Below the pieces are notes generated by a model, which ran no database searches, had not been told where the DNA came from, and saw only the letters and a program-made list of their open reading frames with translations. Of a stretch of 64,000 nucleotides of DNA, positions 1 to 10,399 are shown one piece after another (positions within the stretch are counted from its first letter, which is position 1; each line of letters opens with the position of its first letter). The position numbers and the translations under genes were made by a program. The DNA is from a virus. Taxonomy: Duplodnaviria; Caudoviricetes. The stretch is from positions 32,001 through 96,000 of the IMG/VR virus record IMGVR_UViG_3300032227_001172. One strand, written 5' to 3'.

Positions 1-1
1 T

Positions 2-220
2 AAAAAAGATTTTGCTCCTATGAATTGTAAATATGGTGAATTTATACAATGGGATGGTCCTAATTTATTGCATGGTAATTATATTAATCAAACAGGATCT
101 ACTAGAATCAGCGTGGATTTTAGAGTTATAGAATACAATAACTATATTCCTAGCGATAAAGGATCCATTAATGCGAACAAAAAATTTAAATTAGGAGAAT
201 ATTACGATCTATATGATTAG
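2..220 (+). CDS. C-terminal part of a 2OG-Fe(II) dioxygenase (StrG-like), 5'-truncated by the window edge
   Basis: Frame is open from nt 2 (KKDFAPMNCKYGEF...). Motif LHGNxxNxTGxTRISVDFRV matches the distal His and RxS of double-stranded beta-helix oxygenases. Confidence 0.65.
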   Translation, partial: KKDFAPMNCKYGEFIQWDGPNLLHGNYINQTGSTRISVDFRVIEYNNYIPSDKGSINANKKFKLGEYYDLYD

Positions 221-992
221 TGTTATTATTCCTACTCTTAATACTCCAAAAGCCCTAGATTTATGCTTACGATCAGCTATCGATGGACAACAACAAAACA
301 ATGAAATTATTGTTGTAATAGATGGTGATTTTGTCAGCAATAAGACTATACTAGAAAAATATAGTTTACATATTAAGCCTCTGATTTTAGAAAAAAATGT
401 AGGCACATGCAAAGCAACTAATCTTGGTGTTTATCATGCAAATCACAGCAATATATTGATTGTTAATGATGATAATGTGTTTCCTAAAGACTGGGATACT
501 ATACTGTCTGCTTTGGATATCAAAAATACTGTGGTTGCGCCTAATCAGATAGAACCATATAATAGTATGTTTCGACAATTCCAGATTCATGATCTCGGTC
601 GTGATCCTGCTACTTTTGATTTACAAGAATTTTGGAACTATGAACTTAAGACCAGAAAAAATTTGGTAGAATATACTGGATCAACCTTTCCAATTTTTAT
701 CGATAAAATTAACTATTTAAGATGTGGAGGATTCGATAGCGACTATCCTTCAGCCAGTGGCTTTGTTGCAGATTGGGAATTTTTTATGAAATGCGAATTG
801 AATGGATTAAAAATGTTAAGAACCTATCAATGTTTATTTTACCATTTTGTTTCCATTACTGCTAAAACGCCAGAAAAAATAGCAGCATCTCAAGAAGCAG
901 AAAAACAATGTCATTTATATTTTAAGCGTAAATGGGGATCATTGGCACAACATAATACGCAAAATAATTCAAAACTTTTAAGGAATATTTAA
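213..992 (+). CDS. Glycosyltransferase family 2
   Basis: MISVIIPTLN start, EIIVVIDG, NxG..A.NLG, ILIVNDD (DxD-like), GGFD..Y, ADWEF. Confidence 0.9.
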   Translation: MISVIIPTLNTPKALDLCLRSAIDGQQQNNEIIVVIDGDFVSNKTILEKYSLHIKPLILEKNVGTCKATNLGVYHANHSNILIVNDDNVFPKDWDTILSALDIKNTVVAPNQIEPYNSMFRQFQIHDLGRDPATFDLQEFWNYELKTRKNLVEYTGSTFPIFIDKINYLRCGGFDSDYPSASGFVADWEFFMKCELNGLKMLRTYQCLFYHFVSITAKTPEKIAASQEAEKQCHLYFKRKWGSLAQHNTQNNSKLLRNI

Positions 993-1999
993 TGTCAAAA
1001 TCTATTTTAGTTACTGGAGCAGCTGGTTTTTTAGGATCTCACTTTATTGAAGAAGTATTAGTTAATACTAATTGGAATATTAAGTGTCTGTGTAGATTAA
1101 CTTATGTAGGCGATTTGGATAGAATTATTAATAGTTTACACGTTAAAGAGCACGCTGATAGAGTTAAATTAATTTATCACGATTTAAAATTCGACATTCC
1201 AGAGCATACTCAAGAAAGTATAGGCGATGTAGATTATGTCGTACACATTGCAGCTAATAGTCATGTGGATCGTAGTATAACAACGCCAAAACAATTTTTT
1301 GAAGACAATGTAATGGGAACTGTGAATCTTTTAGAATGGTATAGAAAATATAATCCTAATGCTTTATTTGTTAATTATTTAACTGATGAGGTTTTTGGTC
1401 CAGCACCAGATAATTATGATTTTAAGGAAGATGATAGATGGAGACCAAGTAATCCATACAGTGCTAGTAAGGCTGGTCAGGGAGCAGCTGGCATAGCATA
1501 TGCCAATACATATAATTTACCAATTATTCATACATATACCATGAATCTTTATGGGGCAAGACAACATAAAGAAAAATTGGTGGCTAAGGCTATAGATAAA
1601 ATATCTAAAGATCAAATAGTACAAATTCATGCTAAACTAGATGAGCTTGGTCGTGTTCTTTATGTTGGACAAAGACATTGGCTACATGCCAGAAACGCTG
1701 CTAATGCTACATTATTTTTATTAAACCATGGAAAACCGGGAGAGCATTATAATGTAGTTGGAGACATTGAACTTAATAATGATGATTTAGTTAAAGAAAT
1801 AGCCAAATTAATGAATAAAGAAGCCAGAATACAATACGTGGATTGTGATAAGGCTAGACCTGGACATGATCGTAGATATAGTTTAGATGGATCCAAATTA
1901 AAAAATATGGGATGGCAACAACCAATAGATTTTGAAACGTCTTTAAAAACAACAATAGAATGGGTGCTTAATGATCAAAGTAAAAAATATTCTTTCTAA
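992..1999 (+). CDS. rmlB: dTDP-glucose 4,6-dehydratase (RmlB/RfbB-like)
   Basis: GAAGFLG Rossmann motif, HIAANSHVDRSI, TDEVFG, PYSASKA (YxxxK), RPGHDRRYSLD. Confidence 0.93.
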   Translation: MSKSILVTGAAGFLGSHFIEEVLVNTNWNIKCLCRLTYVGDLDRIINSLHVKEHADRVKLIYHDLKFDIPEHTQESIGDVDYVVHIAANSHVDRSITTPKQFFEDNVMGTVNLLEWYRKYNPNALFVNYLTDEVFGPAPDNYDFKEDDRWRPSNPYSASKAGQGAAGIAYANTYNLPIIHTYTMNLYGARQHKEKLVAKAIDKISKDQIVQIHAKLDELGRVLYVGQRHWLHARNAANATLFLLNHGKPGEHYNVVGDIELNNDDLVKEIAKLMNKEARIQYVDCDKARPGHDRRYSLDGSKLKNMGWQQPIDFETSLKTTIEWVLNDQSKKYSF

Positions 2000-2822
2000 T
2001 TCAGCCGCTGCTTTTGTCGGCACTATAGATAATATCAAGGATGCCTCTAGGCAACTAGAGTATATAAAATATAACAAAACTTGGTTAGATGATTTTGGTT
2101 TAATTGTTCTAAGCCTAAATGGAAATAAATCATTAATTGATTCTAATTTAGAAGAAATCAGCAATCTATTAAATCCTGAAATAGAACTACTGTATTCGGA
2201 TAATCTGGGAGTATGTTTCGGTGCTATGGATAATGATTTAAAAATTATTGATTATATAAGTAATAAACCAATCGAATATCTTTTTAAGTTTTCTCACGAC
2301 ATCATTGCCGATAATAGCTTATTAGATCTAGAACTAGATGAATCTTATGATTTTTTCTATATAAATAATATAGGTTATGCAGCGTTTAATGATCGCACCA
2401 AAGAGCAGCTGCTTAATGATATAAAATCTCAAACATATTTTTATCCTCAAACTAATTATTATATTATTAAAAATAAACTGAGTCGTTGGTTTCCAAACAA
2501 AAATGAGTTAATACAATATTATTCTTATTATCAGGATGCTATTAAAATAAATCCAGAATCTAGACCATGGGAAGTTTTGGGTGGCGCAACAGTCGGTTTG
2601 GAGGACGGACAAGGTTGTGATTGTGAACATATGTTAGCAAAAACAGTCAGGGCTAATAATCTTAAAAGTTATCATCTATTATCTGATTCTGATACAAACA
2701 AAATTATTGATTTGATCTATGATCATAAAATACATGATGGAAGTCATAAAAATATTACATATACCAATGTAGGTAATCTATGTCATTATCATGTTATAAA
2801 TCACCCCGTGGCCGCAATTTGA
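1971..2822 (+). CDS. Hypothetical protein, possible GT-A-fold glycosyltransferase
   Basis: 283-aa ORF inside the sugar cluster. NLG..FGA.D followed by YLFKFSHD resembles the GT-A segment before the DxD motif. Confidence 0.5.
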   Translation: MIKVKNILSNSAAAFVGTIDNIKDASRQLEYIKYNKTWLDDFGLIVLSLNGNKSLIDSNLEEISNLLNPEIELLYSDNLGVCFGAMDNDLKIIDYISNKPIEYLFKFSHDIIADNSLLDLELDESYDFFYINNIGYAAFNDRTKEQLLNDIKSQTYFYPQTNYYIIKNKLSRWFPNKNELIQYYSYYQDAIKINPESRPWEVLGGATVGLEDGQGCDCEHMLAKTVRANNLKSYHLLSDSDTNKIIDLIYDHKIHDGSHKNITYTNVGNLCHYHVINHPVAAI

Positions 2823-2832
2823 ATATTAAAGT

Positions 2833-3318
2833 ATGATTATAAATAATACCTATATAAGTGAATGTGTTTGGCTAAAACCTGAACAATATAAAGACAATAG
2901 GGGTATATTTTCAGAAATTTTTCAACAATCTAAAATTCCATATTTTAAACCATTGCAAAGTAACTATAGTTTTTCTCTATCTGGTGTGTTAAGAGGAATA
3001 CATAGAACACCATATGCCAAATTGGTAACATGCGTTAGTGGCAAAGTGTATGATGTTTGTGTAGATTTAAGAAAAGATAGTCCAACTTATCAGAACTATT
3101 TTGGTTTATTGTTAGATTCTCAAAATTTATATAGTTTATATATACCGCCATATTGTGGACATGGATTTTTAGCTATAGAAGACAGTACATTGATTTATCA
3201 ACAAGGAGATGAATATCAGTCATCATTAGACGAAACATATTGTTATAAACAATTTAATATCAATTGGCCATTTTTACCAAATATTATCTCATCTAAAGAT
3301 TCTAAAGCGTGTGACTAA
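2833..3318 (+). CDS. rmlC: dTDP-4-dehydrorhamnose 3,5-epimerase (RmlC/RfbC)
   Basis: DNRGIFSE, QSNYSFS..GVLRGIH, KLVTC..GKVYDVCVDLRKDSPTY, LYIPPYCGHGF, ISSKD. Confidence 0.93.
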   Translation: MIINNTYISECVWLKPEQYKDNRGIFSEIFQQSKIPYFKPLQSNYSFSLSGVLRGIHRTPYAKLVTCVSGKVYDVCVDLRKDSPTYQNYFGLLLDSQNLYSLYIPPYCGHGFLAIEDSTLIYQQGDEYQSSLDETYCYKQFNINWPFLPNIISSKDSKACD

Positions 3319-3321
3319 TTC

Positions 3322-5070
3322 ATGGATTTATCATCAAATATCCTGCCAATAGATTTTGATTGGCAATTTTATATAGAGAACCATGCTGATTTACAGCAGG
3401 CTGGGATCAACTCGGAAATATTAGCAATTCAACACTATATAAATCACGGAATAAATGAACAGAGAAGATATAAATCTAATAATCATTATGAGATTCAAAA
3501 TTATATTAATAACTCTAAAGCTCACTATGTTCCACCCAAAACTAAAATAGTATTATTTGTACAATGGTATACTGATTCTTCCACAGAAAGCAATAGATTA
3601 AAATGCTTATTCAATAATATAGAAAATAAGCATATTGATCATATTCATGTATTTTGTGAGATAAATAGTCACCAGCAACTAATGAATTATATAGGAAGTA
3701 ATAAAAAAATTTCGATTTCTTTTATTGATGATTGCCTATCCTATTCCGATTGGATGGAGTACGCTAATCAACACCATATAAATGATATTAAAATTTTAGC
3801 TAATTCAGATATTTATTTTGATGATTCTTTGCTTTTCATTAGACAACAAAAATTTAATTACCAAACTATATATGGTATAACCAGAAAAGATTTAAGTCAT
3901 GATGGAAAGATTGTGGATAGTAGCGATTTTTATGGAGATACTAAACACCCAACACATGCATCATATTCTCAAGATTGTTGGATTTATTTACAACCACTAC
4001 GCTTGCCAGATTTAAAATTAATTAACTATAAATTAGGATATAATAATTGTGATAGATTATTAAAAAAATATTTAGAACAAGAAAAATATAATTTTGTTAA
4101 TTTATATCCAAATATTAATGCTATTCATATAGATTATCGTACTACAAAAACACACAAATCTTATGATCTAAATTATAGCTGTGCTAATGATAGAATTATA
4201 GATATTAAAGAATATTTACAATTCAATAATTTACAATATTATCATAATAATCTTGAAGCAATAGTACTATTGATGACCGGAAAGGAGATAGAAGATGGAC
4301 AATGTTTGTATTTTATACAAAAACTTTTACAAAGCCTAAAAAATAACGAAGCGAACAAGCTCTTTGCTAAACTATTAGATTTCAAAATAATTATAACCAA
4401 ACATAATGACTTATTAATTAGATACAAAGAACAACTAGAACAATATTTTAAAAATATATCTATTATACGTATCGATATACCACAACAATATGATTTTTAT
4501 GACGACTATACGGAAACATCTGATTTGAGATACGGTTATAAATCAGGACCCAACTATTGTTTTTTTAAAGCTTTTGATCATTTAACTATGTATAATACAA
4601 CATTATTTTTAGAATGTGATTGTACTATCATAGATAATTGGCTAGAAAGACTTTATAACTATTGTAGGTTTAGTGGTCAGTTTTGGATCTCTGGTGCTTG
4701 GTATGACGGATTGAATATGGACCCATATCATAGTATTGTAAACCAACACATCAATGGTGGTAGTGGTATATATGCTACTGGTAATCCAGGTTTTATTAGT
4801 TTTATTAAATTTTGTTTTCATTTATTGACAGTATATGTCGATAAGTATTCTAAAAATCTACCATATGATTATTGTATTTATCAAATTATAGAAGATTATT
4901 TTAATTTTGATCACGACAATAGACAACTATGGCAATTTATTAAAAGAAATTATATACACAATAATATAATTGTGAATTATAGTAATCCTAAAGACATAGA
5001 TATAGATATTAAATACATAATAAATAAATATAATCCAGCTATTCTACATCAAAAACTGATATTAAATTAA
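3322..5070 (+). CDS. Multidomain glycosyltransferase-like protein (N-terminal FDWxFY...HY..HG module plus two GT-A-like domains)
   Basis: DFDWQFYIENHADL..AG...A.QHY..HG..E.R at the N-terminus; ILANSDIYFD and SQDCW in domain 1; LFLECDC and HINGG..IY in domain 2. Confidence 0.6.
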   Translation: MDLSSNILPIDFDWQFYIENHADLQQAGINSEILAIQHYINHGINEQRRYKSNNHYEIQNYINNSKAHYVPPKTKIVLFVQWYTDSSTESNRLKCLFNNIENKHIDHIHVFCEINSHQQLMNYIGSNKKISISFIDDCLSYSDWMEYANQHHINDIKILANSDIYFDDSLLFIRQQKFNYQTIYGITRKDLSHDGKIVDSSDFYGDTKHPTHASYSQDCWIYLQPLRLPDLKLINYKLGYNNCDRLLKKYLEQEKYNFVNLYPNINAIHIDYRTTKTHKSYDLNYSCANDRIIDIKEYLQFNNLQYYHNNLEAIVLLMTGKEIEDGQCLYFIQKLLQSLKNNEANKLFAKLLDFKIIITKHNDLLIRYKEQLEQYFKNISIIRIDIPQQYDFYDDYTETSDLRYGYKSGPNYCFFKAFDHLTMYNTTLFLECDCTIIDNWLERLYNYCRFSGQFWISGAWYDGLNMDPYHSIVNQHINGGSGIYATGNPGFISFIKFCFHLLTVYVDKYSKNLPYDYCIYQIIEDYFNFDHDNRQLWQFIKRNYIHNNIIVNYSNPKDIDIDIKYIINKYNPAILHQKLILN

Positions 5071-5094
5071 AGAAACAAGTGAACATTGGATGTG

Positions 5095-5122
5095 TTGCTA
5101 TTTTGCGATCACGACGTATAAT
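5095..5122 (+). promoter_or_regulatory. Sigma70-type promoter upstream of the dCMP deaminase gene
   Basis: TTGCTA (5095-5100), 16-nt spacer, TATAAT (5117-5122) in the intergenic gap. Confidence 0.6.
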
Positions 5123-5175
5123 AGCTTATTCGTCAGGTACGAGCTTTAGAAAAAAACCGAGATCAGAAACCAATA

Positions 5176-5637
5176 ATGAGACCGAATTGGATTGATTATT
5201 TTTTAGGATTAGCCAAAGTCGTATCTCAGCGTAGCCACGACATACATACTCAGCATGGATGTGTAATTACAGATATCAATAACAGAATTCTTGGAGTGGG
5301 CTATAATGGTTTTCCTAAAGGTATGAATGATAGCATACTACCAACTAGTCGCCCAGAGAAATATCACTGGATGATTCATGCCGAGAGGAATGCTTTATCG
5401 AATTGTGTGATTAGACCAGATAACGGAATAGCATACGTTACAGGTCAATCATGTAACGACTGTATTATGGCTCTGTGGCAAGAGGGAATTACTAAAGTGG
5501 TCATGTCGGAAAGTCATGGCACAAAATTATTTGATGCCGAAGCCAAAGCACGATTTGATTTATTTGTTAAAGAAACAGGTATAGAAATCGTTCGATATAC
5601 ACCAAACTTTGCATGGATTAAAAATTTAGATCTATAA
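5176..5637 (+). CDS. dCMP deaminase (ComEB-like)
   Basis: W..YFL.LA..VS.RS, GYNG.P, HAERNA and SCNDC zinc ligands. Confidence 0.92.
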   Translation: MRPNWIDYFLGLAKVVSQRSHDIHTQHGCVITDINNRILGVGYNGFPKGMNDSILPTSRPEKYHWMIHAERNALSNCVIRPDNGIAYVTGQSCNDCIMALWQEGITKVVMSESHGTKLFDAEAKARFDLFVKETGIEIVRYTPNFAWIKNLDL

Positions 5638-5790
5638 AAAAGATCTTACTACAATTATCGATGGTGTATTTAGGAGTTAACTAGATAATCCTCAGCCCTT
5701 GCTTTTTTACACAAAACGATTTATCATACGTATGACCAAAATCAATCTTATAGGGCTAGTCAATCTGATTTTTTTCTTTAAGGAGATAGT

Positions 5791-7989
5791 ATGTCCGGAT
5801 TAAATGAATTGCAAAATTATACTTTCGTTAGCAAATATGCTCGTTGGATAGAAAGTGAAAACCGCAGAGAAACATGGAAAGAAGCGGTTGATCGTGTTAA
5901 AAGCATGATGAACGCATATTATGCGGACAAAAATCTCGACGCAGAGATTGGTTGGGCCTACGATTTTATGTTCAAGAAAAAAGTATTAGGAAGCCAAAGA
6001 GCGTTACAGTTTGGTGGTGAGCCGATACTAAAACGCCACGCTAAAATATATAACTGTACTAGTTCGTATTGTGACAGATTAAGATTTTTTCAAGAATGTT
6101 TTTGGTTACTGTTGTGTGGTAGCGGTACTGGTTTTAGTGTTCAAAAACACCATGTAGCTAAATTACCAAACCTGTCGTTAGTTGCCAAAAATCATGATAA
6201 TGGTATGAAATATACTATAGACGATAGTATCGAAGGATGGGCTGATGCGTTAGGCGTATTGCTCAGTTCGTATTTTACCAAAGCCAGTGAAGATAAGTTT
6301 AAAATCTATAAAGATCAATATGTGGTTTTTGACTATTCGAATATTCGCCAAAAAGGTGCTACTTTATCGTCCGGAGTGGGCAAGGCTCCAGGATTTGAAC
6401 CTTTACAAAAAGGTTTAGAAAAAATTAGAACATTATTAGACAAATGTATTGCTAATGAACAAAAAAGATTACGTCCAATAGACGCATACGATATTATTAT
6501 GCATAGTAGTGACGCTGTGCTTTCCGGTGGCGTTCGTAGAAGCGCTTCATTAGCACTATTTAGTCATGACGATGAAGATATGGCCAAAGCCAAAACAGGC
6601 AATTGGTATATGGACAATCCTCAAAGAGCCAGAAGTAATAACTCCGCTTTATTGTTAAAAGACAATACTACTTTTGAAGAATTCCAAACATTAATGGAAA
6701 GTGTCAAAGAATTTGGAGAACCAGGATTTATTTGGAGTGACTCTACAGAGATGACATTTAATCCATGTGTTGAGGTCGGTATGTGGCCTGTAGACGAATC
6801 GACAGGAAAGAGCGGTTGGCAAGGATGCAATCTATCTACAATCAATTGCTCATCTGTCACTGATGAAGAAGATTTTTATGAAAGATGTAAGGCGGCTGCA
6901 ATCATTGGAACTTTACAGGCTGGTTTTACCAATCTAGATTATCTAGGAGATACTAGTAAAAGAATTTTTGATAGAGAAGCATTATTGGGAGTATCATTGA
7001 CCGGAATTATGGAAAAGCATGATCTTGTGTTAACTGAACAAGTTCTAAAACAAGGTGCTAAAATTGCAGTTGAGACTAATAAAGAAATGGCTAAAAAAAT
7101 TGGCATTAATCAAGCAGCTAGGGTTACCTGTCTAAAACCAGAAGGAACCTCAAGTTCTATGTTAGGCACATCATCGGGCATCCACCCTCACCATGCTAAA
7201 CGCTATATACGACACGTACAGGCCAATGTTTTAGAAGCACCATACCAATACTTCAAAAAATATAACCCTCAAGCGTGTGAGAAATCTTCATGGTCAGCCA
7301 ATGATACCGATGAGGTCATTAAATTCCCTATTGAAGTACCTGATGGTGCTAAATTAAAGAATCAATTACCAGCGGTAGAAATGTTGTCTATTGTGAAGGA
7401 TACCCAAAAAAATTGGGTTCATTCAGGTAAAAATAGGTCATTATGTACACAAGAATTCTTAAGTCATAATGTAAGCAATACCGTAACCGTCAAACCAGAT
7501 GAGTGGGATGATGTTACCAAATATATCTATGATAATAGAAAATATTTTGCTGGTATATCATTGATTCCTCAGAGTGGAGATAAAGATTATCCACAAGCAC
7601 CATTTACTACTGTATATACCAGTAGAGAAATTGCCAAAGAGTACGGAGACGCTGCTTTATGGTGTTCCGGTTTAATAGAGCTTGGTCTTAACGCTTTCAA
7701 CAATAATTTATGGGCAGCTTGTGACTATATAACATTAAATCAACAGCAAGAGAATGATACTGCTGACAAAAAGTTATTCTCATTGAAAATGTTAAGGTTT
7801 GCTAAAAAATATTTTAATAATGATTTTAGAAGACTAACATATTGTATGAAAGATGTATATAATTGGAAAATTTATACAGATTTATTTGATAGTTTTAGTA
7901 AAGTTGATTATACACAACTACTGGAAACAGAGGATAATACTGCTGGAATTGAGGAAATTAGTTGTGCGGGTGGTGCATGTCTAATTTAA
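5791..7989 (+). CDS. nrdJ: Class II (adenosylcobalamin-dependent) ribonucleotide reductase, monomeric RTPR-like
   Basis: YNC, GGVRRSA, NPCVE (thiyl Cys), GCNLS, TCLKPEGTSS, C-terminal CAGGAC redox pair; no adjacent nrdB; AGGAG RBS at 5781-5785. Confidence 0.88.
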   Translation: MSGLNELQNYTFVSKYARWIESENRRETWKEAVDRVKSMMNAYYADKNLDAEIGWAYDFMFKKKVLGSQRALQFGGEPILKRHAKIYNCTSSYCDRLRFFQECFWLLLCGSGTGFSVQKHHVAKLPNLSLVAKNHDNGMKYTIDDSIEGWADALGVLLSSYFTKASEDKFKIYKDQYVVFDYSNIRQKGATLSSGVGKAPGFEPLQKGLEKIRTLLDKCIANEQKRLRPIDAYDIIMHSSDAVLSGGVRRSASLALFSHDDEDMAKAKTGNWYMDNPQRARSNNSALLLKDNTTFEEFQTLMESVKEFGEPGFIWSDSTEMTFNPCVEVGMWPVDESTGKSGWQGCNLSTINCSSVTDEEDFYERCKAAAIIGTLQAGFTNLDYLGDTSKRIFDREALLGVSLTGIMEKHDLVLTEQVLKQGAKIAVETNKEMAKKIGINQAARVTCLKPEGTSSSMLGTSSGIHPHHAKRYIRHVQANVLEAPYQYFKKYNPQACEKSSWSANDTDEVIKFPIEVPDGAKLKNQLPAVEMLSIVKDTQKNWVHSGKNRSLCTQEFLSHNVSNTVTVKPDEWDDVTKYIYDNRKYFAGISLIPQSGDKDYPQAPFTTVYTSREIAKEYGDAALWCSGLIELGLNAFNNNLWAACDYITLNQQQENDTADKKLFSLKMLRFAKKYFNNDFRRLTYCMKDVYNWKIYTDLFDSFSKVDYTQLLETEDNTAGIEEISCAGGACLI

Positions 7990-8013
7990 ACTTAATTTCA
8001 GAAAGGTCTACAA

Positions 8014-8736
8014 TTGAGAAAAAAAAATAAGTATAAAGCCCCTAAAAAAGGTACCATATTATTAAATAACCGTAAGGATGGTTTTAATAAACCAGAAGAT
8101 ATAGTTGTTGGTTTTAAAAATAGATTAAAGCCAAGATCTATCAATCAAAAAGATTATATTAGAACCATAGCAGAAAATACTATTACTTTTTGTAAGGGTG
8201 TTCCCGGTAGCGGTAAAACACATATTGCTATAGGTATGGCCTTAGAATATTTATTGGATGGCAAAGTAGAAAAAATTGTTATTACAAGACCAGTTGTAGA
8301 AGCCGGTGAAAAACTGGGATTTTTACCAGGAACAGCAGAAGAAAAACTGCATCCATATTTATTACCACTATTTGATGAAATAGAATATTTTTTGCAAATG
8401 ATGCATTTTCATAAATTAAAATCTAGTCGTCAGATAGAAATTGTTCCATTGGGTCTTATGAGAGGTCGTAGTTTTCATAATGCATTTATAGTAGCTGATG
8501 AATGTCAAAACGCATCCTATGAACAGTTAAAAATGCTATTGACAAGAATCGGCATCGACAGTAAAATGGTATTAACTGGAGATTTGGAACAATCAGATTT
8601 ACAAGACTTTAAACAGGGTGGTTTTCAGTCTATCATAGATAAATTAAATGGCGTCAACAACATAGGTTTTTCTGAACTAGAAGTTGTTGATATAGTTAGA
8701 AATCCTATTATTGCAGACATAGTGTCTAGATTATGA
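8014..8736 (+). CDS. phoH: PhoH-family ATPase (TTG start)
   Basis: GVPGSGKT Walker A, ITRPVVEAGEKLGFLPG, MRGRSF, DECQN, GDLEQSD, VRNPII. Confidence 0.95.
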   Translation: MRKKNKYKAPKKGTILLNNRKDGFNKPEDIVVGFKNRLKPRSINQKDYIRTIAENTITFCKGVPGSGKTHIAIGMALEYLLDGKVEKIVITRPVVEAGEKLGFLPGTAEEKLHPYLLPLFDEIEYFLQMMHFHKLKSSRQIEIVPLGLMRGRSFHNAFIVADECQNASYEQLKMLLTRIGIDSKMVLTGDLEQSDLQDFKQGGFQSIIDKLNGVNNIGFSELEVVDIVRNPIIADIVSRL

Positions 8737-9311
8737 GATCGCATAAAGATTGTTTAGTCCTAAACGCCGACTATTCGCCTATTGGTATTATTGATTGGAA
8801 AAAAGCCATGGTATGGTCTTTTAGATATACTCATTCTCGTTATTCTGGTATAGAAATTATAGAATACTATTCAGATGATTATGTTATGGGGGCAAATTCT
8901 ACAGAAAAAATACCGGCGGTGATTAAAACTACTAAATTTTTCAAAATTAATCATCATACTGTTAATTTTTCTCGTAAAAATTTGTTCATTCGTGATAATT
9001 ATACTTGTCAATATTGTGGCGATCAATTACCTTCTAATCAATTAACTTATGATCATATTATTCCAAAGTCTAAATGGCAGTTCAAAAATCAGCCAGTAAC
9101 ATCTTGGACTAATATAGTTACGGCTTGTTTTAGATGTAATAGTCGTAAGGGAAATAAAAGTTTACAACAAGTTAATATGCAATTAATGACCAATCCATAT
9201 ATACCCAATAAAACAACTAAATACTTGCATGTCACCCATCAAATTCTTACTATAAGACATAGTATTCCCAAAGAATGGCAGTTGTATGTCGGAGCAATTA
9301 TAGCACAATAA
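8733..9311 (+). CDS. HNH endonuclease (McrA-like)
   Basis: LVLNADY.P start; RDNYTCQYCG, TYDHIIPKS, WTNIVTACFRCNSRKG. Confidence 0.9.
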   Translation: MRSHKDCLVLNADYSPIGIIDWKKAMVWSFRYTHSRYSGIEIIEYYSDDYVMGANSTEKIPAVIKTTKFFKINHHTVNFSRKNLFIRDNYTCQYCGDQLPSNQLTYDHIIPKSKWQFKNQPVTSWTNIVTACFRCNSRKGNKSLQQVNMQLMTNPYIPNKTTKYLHVTHQILTIRHSIPKEWQLYVGAIIAQ

Positions 9312-9652
9312 TGCCTACCTATTCCTATTTTTGTGAAAAATGTAAAAATACTTTTGAGCTATTTTTTAGTTTAAGAGAATATAAAGAAACAGTCAAATGT
9401 CAAAAATGTAAAAATACATGTTCTAGACATTATGAAGACCTATTAACTATCAATAGTTCTGTTAAGAAAAGTGATACAGAGTTGAAAACTATTGGAGATT
9501 TAGCTAATAGAAATAGAGACCGAATGAGTGAAGAACAAAGGCAAGAGCTAACTGAAAAACATAATTCTTATAAAGATAATGATTTGATTAAAGAACTACC
9601 AAAAGGTATGTCAAGGATTAAGAAATCTAAAACCAAAACAAAGTGGAGATAA
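9311..9652 (+). CDS. FmdB-family zinc-ribbon protein
   Basis: MPTYSYFCEKC...FE...CQKC signature. Start moved to the TAATG overlap at 9311. Confidence 0.8.
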   Translation: MPTYSYFCEKCKNTFELFFSLREYKETVKCQKCKNTCSRHYEDLLTINSSVKKSDTELKTIGDLANRNRDRMSEEQRQELTEKHNSYKDNDLIKELPKGMSRIKKSKTKTKWR

Positions 9653-9653
9653 T

Positions 9654-10046
9654 ATGGACTTTCACAGACCTAGTAACATATATAATACCGAAATTAATAT
9701 TAATGAGAATGAATTATCAAAAGAATTTTATACTGTTGTTGGACAAGAAGAATTTTTAGAAGGAGACAATCCACGCAGACATAACGACGATAGTCACGTA
9801 TATGCAAAAAAAATACAAAAAAAAGATGGTACTTATAAAACCATGATTAGAGTAGCAAATAATGGCAAACTATATAATCCTGTTGCCATCTATGGTGAAG
9901 AAAAATCTAACAATTTTTTGGAAAGAGTTTGTAGAGCTAATGATAAGTTTAGGCCAGTGAATAATAAAGCGTTTGAATGGTATATAAAATTTTTATCTAC
10001 TAAAAATATGGCTTGGTTTTATAATGCGGAAAGAGAGGTGGACTAA
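9654..10046 (+). CDS. Hypothetical protein
   Basis: 130-aa ORF tightly packed in the operon; GGAG upstream. Confidence 0.7.
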   Translation: MDFHRPSNIYNTEININENELSKEFYTVVGQEEFLEGDNPRRHNDDSHVYAKKIQKKDGTYKTMIRVANNGKLYNPVAIYGEEKSNNFLERVCRANDKFRPVNNKAFEWYIKFLSTKNMAWFYNAEREVD

Positions 10047-10399
10047 TGTCACGAATTAATAAAACACAAAAATATGCTATTTTATGGTTACATAGTCAAG
10101 GATGGGATAGGAATCAGATTATTTCTGAACTAGAATTAACGGATAGTCAAATCAAGAATGTGCTTAAAGCTAATCAATCTTCTGTTAATCGTCTTAATAA
10201 TAAGATAGAAACAGGATCCTCTGTAGTTGCAAAATTACCTAACTCAAAAAATTTAATGATAACCGAAAGTCAATCCGGTATGCATAAAGTATCAGTAATG
10301 ACTAAAGCGGCATCAGAAATCAACGACGAAAACAAAAAACAGATTGTATCAAGATCTACTAAGGACTTATCAAAATATATTCACAAACCAAATGGATAA
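10046..10399 (+). CDS. Hypothetical protein with possible N-terminal helix-turn-helix
   Basis: ILWLHSQGWDRNQIISELELTDSQIKNVL is HTH-like; TAATG coupling. Confidence 0.55.
   Translation: MSRINKTQKYAILWLHSQGWDRNQIISELELTDSQIKNVLKANQSSVNRLNNKIETGSSVVAKLPNSKNLMITESQSGMHKVSVMTKAASEINDENKKQIVSRSTKDLSKYIHKPNG

Noticed and set aside
5638-5790. Cobalamin riboswitch upstream of nrdJ
   Set aside because: No recognisable B12-box or conserved GGGAA/GCCACTG core by eye. Kept only as a generic structured leader.
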